DNA of 29,940 nucleotides from assembly GCA_964236955.1 (NCBI GenBank), contig CAXSGP010000056.1:1-29940 (forward strand). The letters run 5' to 3'. The notes beneath the pieces were generated by a model that ran no database searches, had not been told where the DNA came from, and saw only the letters and a list, made by a program, of their open reading frames with translations. This DNA comes from an uncultured Oligoflexus sp. GTDB lineage: Bacteria; Bdellovibrionota_B; Oligoflexia; Oligoflexales; Oligoflexaceae. The position numbers and the translations under genes were made by a program. Shown here piece by piece: positions 1 through 7,813 of this stretch. The number at the start of each line of letters is the position of its first letter. The first letter of the stretch is position 1.

Positions 1-409
1 ATCCTTAAAGAATCGAAGTGTACTTAAAAATTTTGAATATGATTCCATCATGAATGATAAAATTAGGCTCACGTCCTGCCGAGAATTATAAAGATTTGAT
101 GAAGATGGGAGGACCTCAGGAAAGATGATCAAATGCAAGCGGGAAATATTCGTATCGATCGGAAGGCAGATGCTGATGAAATAGGGCTTTTCTTCACAGT
201 TTTACCTGCATGACTTTCCTAGGAGAAAGCTGGCGATTATTTGATTCTTTTGTTACGAATATCCTGAGCTGTTGAGGTTCTGGGTTTTTTCTGCAGTTGT
301 CTTTGCCACATAATTCTCGAATCCATCTCCGAATTATTCTAATCCTTGATTTTCAGAGTTATTGGATCGAGGGAGCGTCGATGTATCCTTCCGATTCTGG
401 AGATATGCG

Positions 410-3400
410 ATGAGTGTCAGAGCCTTGAATGAATTGAGTATAGTGAATAAGATGCCGACGCATCCTCTGTCTCGCCCACCCATTAGACTGGTTCATACGA
501 CCGCTGGACGAAGCCGCTATTATTTTGCAGCGATTCTTAATAATCCAGGCCTATCGGAATATATCGAGAAGAAGCTTCGGCAGCAAATGGAACTGATCCG
601 CATCGAAGTCCGCTGGCAATCGGGATCCGTGGTGCTCGAATATGCGATGAAGGACGCAGTGGATTTACAGCGAATGGAAGTCTCCCTTGCAGAAGCCCTG
701 CAGGATTATGAGAGCGGCGCGATAGCCTTGAGCCAAACGCGGCCTTCCAGCCCAACAGTGCTTGACTCGCGGGCCCAGACCGATGCAGTTTTATTAAGTT
801 CGACACTTTCGGGAACGAAGCTTCTCAAAGCTTTTCAAACTGATGAGACTCACGGATTGAGTCTTAAAGTCGCCAATGAACGCAAAAAACTCAATGGATT
901 GAATGTCCTTCATGAACGCGTCCTGACCGATCCCTGGCGACTCTTCGGTAATCAGTTTAATAATTCCACCACGGGTCTGCTCTCGGGGTCGGCACTGGTG
1001 TCATTGCTTATGGGCGGAGCCTTCGATGCGGCCATGATTGCTGGGGTGGTCGCCTTAAATGGGGTCATTGGCTACCTTACCGAAGCTCATGCCGATGAGG
1101 TTATATCGAGCATTGGAATCATTGAGCAGCAAAGCGTTCGGGTGCTGCGGGACGGCAGGATTCAGATCATTCCCGATAAAGATTTGGTGCCGGGCGATAT
1201 TATCGAGTTGGCCAGTGGTATTGTGCCGGCCGATATAAGAATCCTCGATGCCAAAGGGATTATGGTTGATGAGTCACCCCTCACCGGCGAATCGATGCCG
1301 GTAGTCAAAAGCTCTGACGCCAGCGATCCCTCTCATCTCGAAAGTATCGCGGATTTTAAAAATCTTCTATTCAGAGGAACCGTAGTTACGTCAGGTCAAG
1401 GTCGGGGCCTGGTGGTTGGTACGGGTGAAAATACCGAGATTGGGCGGGTACGGTCCTTGGTTGAGAATACCAAGCAATTGGCTTCACCACTTGAAACCGA
1501 GTTAGAAACTTTAAATCGACAAACGGTCACGCTCTCTGGTGCGGTTTGCGCCAGTATTTTTGCTATAGGGCTTCTTCGCGGCCGCGGACTCCTGCGCATG
1601 CTGCAGACTTCGGTTCTGCTTGCTGTTGCAGCCGTTCCTGAAGGGCTTCCGACCATAGGCACGACGACGATGGCCATCGGGGTTGCCAATCTAAAGCGGA
1701 AGAATGTCTTTCCCCGGCGGCTCAAGGTTCTCGAGACTTTAGGATCCATCGAAATCCTCTGCCTCGATAAAACCGGAACTGTGACGATGAATGATATGAT
1801 CGCCGACGCCGGATACCTCGGTTTTCAAAGATGGCGACGCTCCGATCTCATGGGGGAGCAAGGCGATATGATTCGCCGCCTTGCCGTAAATTGTCACTGG
1901 GGGCTTATAGCAGCGCTATGCAATGACTGTGAACTGGCGTCTGAAACCATGCAGGAAGGCTCTCGCTGGACGGGGTCATCGACTGAAAAAGCCATCATCG
2001 AACTGGCCGAAAGCATGGAAATTCCAGTCGTTTCGGTGCGCGAGGATCTGCCGCGATTTCTGGTCGCCTATCGCACCGAAGAACACCAGTACATGGTCAC
2101 CTATCACAGGCTTGGCAATACCGGGCTTAATTTAGCAGCCATCAAAGGCAATCCCGAACAGCTCCTTGGTCTTTGCAGTCACATCCTTGACGAGGGGCAT
2201 TCTCTGCATCCGATCGATCCAAGGAAGCGTCGTCAGCTCGAACTACAAAATGATGAGCTGGCCCGGGAAGGGATGCGGGTTTTGGGTTTTGCCTACCTCC
2301 AGGGTATAGACTTGGGCTCAATAGAAGGCCGTCAGCTCGTCTGGGTCGGGGTCGTCGGCCTCTTGGATCCGGTACGCGAAGGAATGCCCGAGATGGTCAA
2401 GCAATTTCAACAGGCCGGCATTCGGACGATTATGATGACTGGCGACCAAACGGAGACTGCAGAGGCAATCGGCAAGACACTTGGGCTTAATGGAGATGCC
2501 GGGAGCTTTCTCAGCATGGATGCCAAATCCCTGCGAAACATGAATAGCCAAGAACTTCAGGACCAAGTGGAAAACGTCCAGATCTTTTCGCGAGTCAGTC
2601 CAAGCGACAAGCTCCTCATTGTCCAGGCGCTTCAAAGCCGGGGTCGAATTGTGGCGATGGCGGGCGATGGGATCAACGATAGTCCGGCTTTGAAAGCCGC
2701 CCATATTGGGATTGCCATGGGCGTTCAGGGAAGCTCTGCGGCCCGCGATTCCGCCGATATCGTCATTAGGGATGACAACCTAAAGATCATTTTCGAAGCT
2801 TTAAAGCAAGGGCGGACCGTTAGGGCCAATCTTCGTAAATCCATCAAGTATTTGCTGGCGACCAACCTCAGTGAAATCGTCGTCATGTTTTGCTCCATAG
2901 CTTTGGGCCACGGAGCGCCGTTGAACGCAACCCAGCTTCTTTGGATCAATCTTCTCACCGATGTTCTGCCCGGGCTTGCATTGGCACTGGATTTTCCTTC
3001 AGAAGACGTCATGCGTTCACCGCCTCCTGATCCGCAGGAGCCGATACTCTCAGCCCGAAATAAATGGACCTTGGCTTTACAGGCTTCGGTTATGGCCTCG
3101 GGCTCGCTGCTTTCCTATGAACTTTCGAGGCTTAGGGACAAAAGCGAACAGGAGTCCAATACCATGGCCTTTACGAGTCTCGGGATCAGTCAAATCCTCC
3201 ATACCCTCTCCTCCTCGGCCGACCGGGGCGGTATTCTCAGAAATGGATTGACTCATAATCCAAAGATTTATCAGGCGGTCGGCATCGGCGCGGGAACCAT
3301 CGGCCTCGGCTTGGCATCACCTTTGTTTCGCCGTTTTCTCGGCAATGCGGCCCTTTCCCGCGGCGATCTCGGGGTGGCAGTCTTAAACGGAATCTTGCCA

Positions 3401-3490
3401 TTCGTCATCATAGAATGGGCTAGGTTCCTCCATGTTTCACAATCACAACAGCACGAGGGCATGGCGCCCGATCTCGAAACGTCCATTTAG
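410..3490 (+). CDS. Cation-transporting P-type ATPase, P2A (Ca2+/SERCA-like) type, with N-terminal HMA2-like domain
   Basis: Motifs LTGES (actuator), VPEGL (M4), DKTGT (phosphorylated Asp), KGNPE, MTGD, GDGINDSPALK, M5 YLLATNLSE and M6 LWINLLTD. The N-terminal segment IRLVHTTAGRSRY resembles the HMA2 start motif. ATG 410 is preferred over TTG 362 because GGAG lies at 399-402. Confidence 0.93.
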   Translation: MSVRALNELSIVNKMPTHPLSRPPIRLVHTTAGRSRYYFAAILNNPGLSEYIEKKLRQQMELIRIEVRWQSGSVVLEYAMKDAVDLQRMEVSLAEALQDYESGAIALSQTRPSSPTVLDSRAQTDAVLLSSTLSGTKLLKAFQTDETHGLSLKVANERKKLNGLNVLHERVLTDPWRLFGNQFNNSTTGLLSGSALVSLLMGGAFDAAMIAGVVALNGVIGYLTEAHADEVISSIGIIEQQSVRVLRDGRIQIIPDKDLVPGDIIELASGIVPADIRILDAKGIMVDESPLTGESMPVVKSSDASDPSHLESIADFKNLLFRGTVVTSGQGRGLVVGTGENTEIGRVRSLVENTKQLASPLETELETLNRQTVTLSGAVCASIFAIGLLRGRGLLRMLQTSVLLAVAAVPEGLPTIGTTTMAIGVANLKRKNVFPRRLKVLETLGSIEILCLDKTGTVTMNDMIADAGYLGFQRWRRSDLMGEQGDMIRRLAVNCHWGLIAALCNDCELASETMQEGSRWTGSSTEKAIIELAESMEIPVVSVREDLPRFLVAYRTEEHQYMVTYHRLGNTGLNLAAIKGNPEQLLGLCSHILDEGHSLHPIDPRKRRQLELQNDELAREGMRVLGFAYLQGIDLGSIEGRQLVWVGVVGLLDPVREGMPEMVKQFQQAGIRTIMMTGDQTETAEAIGKTLGLNGDAGSFLSMDAKSLRNMNSQELQDQVENVQIFSRVSPSDKLLIVQALQSRGRIVAMAGDGINDSPALKAAHIGIAMGVQGSSAARDSADIVIRDDNLKIIFEALKQGRTVRANLRKSIKYLLATNLSEIVVMFCSIALGHGAPLNATQLLWINLLTDVLPGLALALDFPSEDVMRSPPPDPQEPILSARNKWTLALQASVMASGSLLSYELSRLRDKSEQESNTMAFTSLGISQILHTLSSSADRGGILRNGLTHNPKIYQAVGIGAGTIGLGLASPLFRRFLGNAALSRGDLGVAVLNGILPFVIIEWARFLHVSQSQQHEGMAPDLETSI

Positions 3491-3501
3491 GGAGACATCT
3501 T

Positions 3502-3810
3502 ATGGTTAAACTGAGTCCTTTCAAAAGCGGCTTTCTATTGGGGTTTGGCACTGGTTTTATTACGAGGGATGTCTTGAGCAGCGGGCCCAGCATCTTTCGT
3601 CCCGTCGTGAAAGGAGCGATCAAGACGGGTATTGCCCTGGCAAATAAGACCCGGGAATCGCTTATCGAGATGGTCGAAAATGTCGAGGATCTTTTTGCTG
3701 AGATTAGAAGTGAGCATAGGGTCAGAAGCAGGACTGAAACTCATACCTCTGGTCAGGCTCATACCAAGAAGAAAAAGACGGCAACCCATGACCACAAAGC
3801 CAAAGGATAA
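3502..3810 (+). CDS. DUF5132-like small protein
   Basis: GGAG RBS directly after the ATPase stop. Gly-rich hydrophobic GFLLGFGTGFI, then RPVVKGAIKTGIAL...ESLIEMVENVEDLFAEIRSE, the pattern I recognise for DUF5132. His/Lys-rich C-terminal tail. Confidence 0.7.
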   Translation: MVKLSPFKSGFLLGFGTGFITRDVLSSGPSIFRPVVKGAIKTGIALANKTRESLIEMVENVEDLFAEIRSEHRVRSRTETHTSGQAHTKKKKTATHDHKAKG

Positions 3811-3815
3811 TTACG

Positions 3816-4307
3816 ATGACTCTAACTGCTGCAGTTAGGCACCATGCTCCGGGTCGGCTTCGGCTCCGGCTCGTCGATCGCAACGTCAAGGAAGAGGACT
3901 TCAACGAAGTCCTTAACATGCTGTCCAAGTCCGATTTTTTGGACCGTGTCACAGCCAATAGAATGAATCATAGTCTGGTGATCGAGGCTTCAGACGAGGA
4001 AGAGCTGCAAGCTGTTCTTAATTTCATGAACGAGCAGAATATTTTGGATGTTCTGCCGCCATCTCCTCAGAGTTCTGCCTTGCGTGGCGCGTCCTGGAAA
4101 GGGATGCGAAGCGACCTCGATGCCTTTCTCGATGATGTTTCGAGCGGGGGCCTTGATCTTCGCAAGGCTACTGCTTTTCTCATGCTAGGCCTTGGCACTC
4201 GTCAGGCGTTGCGAGGCAAACTCCTGCCAGCCGGATTAAGTCTTATATTTTACGCATTGGAGATATTAGATCGTCCCCGGACCGATGTCGATGGCGATAG
4301 GAAGTGA
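3816..4307 (+). CDS. HMA2-like domain protein with hydrophobic C-terminus
   Basis: Starts 5 nt after the previous stop, with AAGGA upstream. VRHHAPGRLRLRL...VTANRMNHSLVIE is the HMA2-type pattern. The C-terminus LDLRKATAFLMLGLG...LLPAGLSLIFYAL is hydrophobic. Confidence 0.72.
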   Translation: MTLTAAVRHHAPGRLRLRLVDRNVKEEDFNEVLNMLSKSDFLDRVTANRMNHSLVIEASDEEELQAVLNFMNEQNILDVLPPSPQSSALRGASWKGMRSDLDAFLDDVSSGGLDLRKATAFLMLGLGTRQALRGKLLPAGLSLIFYALEILDRPRTDVDGDRK

Positions 4308-4374
4308 CGGGCTAATTTTTAGTTTCTAAAAATGCAGAAATTCCCCTACAATTGGCAAATACCAGCTGTGGGGT

Positions 4375-4788
4375 TTGAATTTGAAAAATGAGATCCATCA
4401 GACCGAAGGTCGTGTGCGGATTCGGATGCCTTCTTTAAAGGCCGATGAAACGCGCCGGGAAAAAATCGTGCAATCTTTGTCCAGTCTTCATGGTGTGGAT
4501 CGAGTCCTATTTAATAGGGTAAGTGGCAGCATTACTGTCTATTATGATGAAAATAAGCTCAAACCCGCCTCCATAAGCTTCATTTTGACAAATGGCAACC
4601 TGCCGGGCAATGTCTTGGTGTTTCCCTTGCACCGCATTCGGAAGCGCCCGGCAACGCCGATCCACCGCGAGCCTGATAATCTGACCTCAGAAATCATGAA
4701 TTCACTTTCTCAGATAATTGTCAAATATGTGTTGGCGATGGCTTTGGATTCGACGGGAAAGATCCTGGCTCGGCGCCTTTTTCGCTAG
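4375..4788 (+). CDS. HMA2-like domain protein
   Basis: IHQTEGRVRIRMPSLK...LHGVDRVLFNRVSGSITVYYD is the HMA2-type pattern without CxxC. The TTG start is uncertain (4375 or 4381). Confidence 0.72.
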   Translation: MNLKNEIHQTEGRVRIRMPSLKADETRREKIVQSLSSLHGVDRVLFNRVSGSITVYYDENKLKPASISFILTNGNLPGNVLVFPLHRIRKRPATPIHREPDNLTSEIMNSLSQIIVKYVLAMALDSTGKILARRLFR

Positions 4789-4900
4789 TCTAGGCCTGGG
4801 TAATCGTTGTGAGTTATTAGCGGGTGGCCCCCGGTTATCGGGTCTAGGATTTCTTAAATCTTAATCATCCAGTCCATCCTCTTTTTCAAATGGGTGTCCG

Positions 4901-6283
4901 ATGCGCTTTTTTCTCTTTGGGCTATCCATCGCTCTGGCAGCATCGGCTCTGGCAAGTCCACTTCGAGTGCAAGGCACTAGATTTATAGACAAATATGGCC
5001 GCCAAGTTCTGCTAAGGGGGGTCAACGTCTCAGGCGCAGCCAAAGTCCCCCCCTTTCAAGTAATACGTGGTCCTGAAGATTTCGCGCCGCTGCGGGCATG
5101 GGGGTTTAATGCGATCCGGCTGCTTTTTAATTGGGAGGCCTTTGAGTCAGTCAGAGATCAGTATGACAACGACTATCTTCAATATTACCTAAGGGTGATT
5201 CGCTGGGCTGCGCTCCACAAGCTCTATGTAATTGTCGACATCCATCAGGACGCATACTCCCGCTATTCGGTGGCAGGCTGTGGCGAAGGATTTCCAGCCT
5301 GGGCCTTGCCGCCTGAGCAGGTTGCCATGGAACCGAAGAATGATGAAAGCTGTGCCTCATGGTTTCTAAGTGCGATAACTGACCTTGACATGCATGCGGC
5401 ATGGCACCATTTCTATAAAAATACCTGGGGCGTCAGGGATAAATATCTGCGGATGCTGCGAAAGCTTTCCAAAGCCGTTGCCGATGAGCCCAATGTCGTG
5501 GGGATCGATTTGATGAATGAGCCTTGGGGTGAGGAGGAGACCGAACTCTTTGAACTCTATAAGGATGCAGCAGAGGTAGTCCGCAGGGAAATGCCAAACA
5601 CAATCCTGTTCCTAAGCCCTGTAGCCCTGACAAGTCTCGTACTGAAGACCTCGACTTTGCCTAAAATAAAGGGCAGAAACATTGTTCACTCAACGCATTT
5701 CTACGATCCCGAGATTTTAGCAGGCTCATGGTCGCAGTGGGCACTCGACCAAGCGATTGGTAGTTGGAAGAGTATCGAAGCGCAATGGAAGTCTCCTATA
5801 TTTATCGGCGAATTTGGAGCCAGGCCGGATCTTTCAGACGCTTCTGGCTATCTCGATAACATCTATAATCATCTTGACCAGGGGCTATATTCTGGGGCGA
5901 TTTGGGTTTATAGTCCAAGCTGGAATAGCACAACGAAAGATGGCTGGAACGTCGAAGATCTCAGCATCAATGATGAACGGGGCCAACTCCGGGGCGCCTA
6001 CAGGCCGAGACCCTTTGTTGAAAAAACGCCGGGCGAACTGCTCCGCATGGCCTGGGATAGGGAGCAACTAAAGCTCACTTTCGCGTACAAACCCAAGGGC
6101 TTCTGGCCGTTCTCGGATATCGTGGTGCCTGCCAACCTGAGATGGATAGGACTAGGGGTGCAGAATCGTAGCCGTAGCTGCCTAAGCTTAACAGCTAACC
6201 GCATACGCTGCACGGGCGATTTGGATCGTTCGGCAGGAGTGATTAAAGTGGTTTTGCAATTCGAAGAGAAGCCTGCCGATTGA
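4901..6283 (+). CDS. Secreted glycoside hydrolase family 5, endoglycoceramidase-like
   Basis: Signal peptide MRFFLFGLSIALAASALA. Motifs GRQVLLRGVNV, DIHQDAYSR, acid/base MNEP, HFYD, nucleophile IGEFG, and an RPRPF linker into a C-terminal beta domain as in EGCase-type GH5. Confidence 0.85.
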   Translation: MRFFLFGLSIALAASALASPLRVQGTRFIDKYGRQVLLRGVNVSGAAKVPPFQVIRGPEDFAPLRAWGFNAIRLLFNWEAFESVRDQYDNDYLQYYLRVIRWAALHKLYVIVDIHQDAYSRYSVAGCGEGFPAWALPPEQVAMEPKNDESCASWFLSAITDLDMHAAWHHFYKNTWGVRDKYLRMLRKLSKAVADEPNVVGIDLMNEPWGEEETELFELYKDAAEVVRREMPNTILFLSPVALTSLVLKTSTLPKIKGRNIVHSTHFYDPEILAGSWSQWALDQAIGSWKSIEAQWKSPIFIGEFGARPDLSDASGYLDNIYNHLDQGLYSGAIWVYSPSWNSTTKDGWNVEDLSINDERGQLRGAYRPRPFVEKTPGELLRMAWDREQLKLTFAYKPKGFWPFSDIVVPANLRWIGLGVQNRSRSCLSLTANRIRCTGDLDRSAGVIKVVLQFEEKPAD

Positions 6284-6340
6284 GTCTTTTCCTGGCAGCC
6301 TATACTATAATTTCAAGAAACGAGTCAAAGTCGGGTAGTG

Positions 6341-7210
6341 ATGGAAAGTTTCGCTGCATATATTGGGAAGGGGATGAAAGATGGACTTTGGCAAAGCCTC
6401 GGGCTTTCCTCTCCTTTTTGTCCTATTTACCTTGCCACCGCTGCCCTTTGCTGTGGGCTATGGCTCCTTAAATCCCAGCGTTGGACCGCGAAAGAGGCCT
6501 TTCAATATCTGCGGCACAAGCATTGGACCTATCGCCGCTCACTCGCGGCTGATGGACTCTGGTCGATCATGCAAATTTTGTTTTTGCGCATTCCCGTGGC
6601 GCTGCTGCATGGCATCGTTTTTCAGAAGTCCTATAAGCTGGTCTTAAAAGCCGGTGAAGGTTCACCCGTCACCTGGCAGGCTCCGCAGTTGGTGGAAATC
6701 CTGCTCGTGACCCTCGTCACCATGCTGGCTATCGACCTTTCCGCCTATCTCATGCACCGGGCCCTCCATATTCTGCCCACTTTGTGGAGAATTCACCGCG
6801 TTCATCATCAAAGCCTATTTCTCACTCCATTCACGACCTTTCGTCAGCATCCCCTGGAAGCTATTTTTCTCAACTGCGCCCGCGGTCTCGGCGCGGGCCT
6901 ATCCTTAGGCATTGTGCACAGTCTATTGCCCAACTGCACCCCTATATGGACGATTGCAGGAATGGGCGCTGGTTTTTTCGCTTATATGTTTACTGTAAAC
7001 CTTCATCATGCCCCAATACCGATTCGATTTCCCCAGAGCGCCTCTGCGATTTTAATCAGCCCTCATCTGCATCACCTTCATCATAGTCGGGCGGTTGAGC
7101 ACCATGATAAGAACTTCGGTGTCATTTTTTCGTTTTGGGATAGGCTCTTTAAGACTTACCTGGACGTGGAGTTTGGGCTGGATGAACTTAAATTTGGGGT
7201 TGAGGATTAA
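6341..7210 (+). CDS. Sterol desaturase / fatty acid hydroxylase family membrane protein
   Basis: Histidine boxes HRALH, HRVHH, NLHH and HHLHH, plus FRQHPLE and KNFGVIFSFWDRLF. Several hydrophobic segments. The start could be 6338, 6341 or 6374. Confidence 0.88.
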   Translation: MESFAAYIGKGMKDGLWQSLGLSSPFCPIYLATAALCCGLWLLKSQRWTAKEAFQYLRHKHWTYRRSLAADGLWSIMQILFLRIPVALLHGIVFQKSYKLVLKAGEGSPVTWQAPQLVEILLVTLVTMLAIDLSAYLMHRALHILPTLWRIHRVHHQSLFLTPFTTFRQHPLEAIFLNCARGLGAGLSLGIVHSLLPNCTPIWTIAGMGAGFFAYMFTVNLHHAPIPIRFPQSASAILISPHLHHLHHSRAVEHHDKNFGVIFSFWDRLFKTYLDVEFGLDELKFGVED

Positions 7211-7213
7211 AGG

Positions 7214-7235
7214 CCTGGGTCGCTGTCAACCCAGG
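7214..7235. terminator. Hairpin between convergent genes, possible bidirectional terminator
   Basis: CCTGGGT-8 nt-ACCCAGG forms a perfect 7-bp stem in the 40-nt gap between the convergent stops. The U-tract is weak. Confidence 0.4.
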
Positions 7236-7250
7236 ACCGAGCCGACCTGA

Positions 7251-7484
7251 TTACCAGGCACCACCGCTTCCCGAGCTTTGTGCAGCGGCTTTGGCTTTGC
7301 CCCAGGTGCCGCCCTGAGCTTCACAATCTTTAGCTTTATCTTCCGCAGTTTTGCCCTTCACTTTGACTTCGGCCTCGTCCTTTAGACAAACCTTCTTATC
7401 CTTATCTTTGCCTTTAGCTTGCAGAACGCTCGTCATTCCCAATCCAAGTACAAAAGAAATCCTGAGTGCAGTTGTTGCTGTCAT
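7251..7484 (-). CDS. Small secreted Lys-rich protein with two Cys (77 aa), function unknown
   Basis: Strong RBS (GAGGTG) before the ATG. Signal-peptide-like N-terminus ending VLQA, and a mature part with C-x20-C and CEAQGGTW. Confidence 0.7.
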   Translation of the reverse strand: MTATTALRISFVLGLGMTSVLQAKGKDKDKKVCLKDEAEVKVKGKTAEDKAKDCEAQGGTWGKAKAAAQSSGSGGAW

Positions 7485-7813
7485 GGAACACCTCGGCTTA
7501 AATTTGGAGAAACTCTGTCAGGCATTCTATCGAAAACATCGCGAAGAAACAACTGACGAACTGAAGGCCTCGCTTCCTATTCGATCGGCACTAACCACTG
7601 CAAATTGTTCGGCGTGACTTTTACTTCGTATTGATTCCCGTTTGCTCTAGGGCAACGAAATGATTTGATATCGCTTTCATAAGTGACGTTTTTTTGGCGA
7701 GCCGCATGTTACTCATTCATGAACAATTACAAAAGTTCCGCGCATGAAGATGGCAAAGTCTCTCTAAGACAGAGACTATGACCAGACTGCAATTTGCTGC
7801 GACAGCGAAAAAA

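Noticed and set aside
1..361. Gene remnant or Fur-like box upstream of the ATPase
   Set aside because: Only short frames interrupted by stops are present, and the AT-rich segments do not convincingly match the Fur consensus.
7752..7791. GGCAAAGTCT...TCTAAG...CTATGA resembling part of a c-di-GMP-I riboswitch (tetraloop receptor)
   Set aside because: There is no upstream GNRA-capped stem and no downstream gene on that strand. A simple AGTCTCT/AGAGACT hairpin behind the PLC gene explains the sequence.
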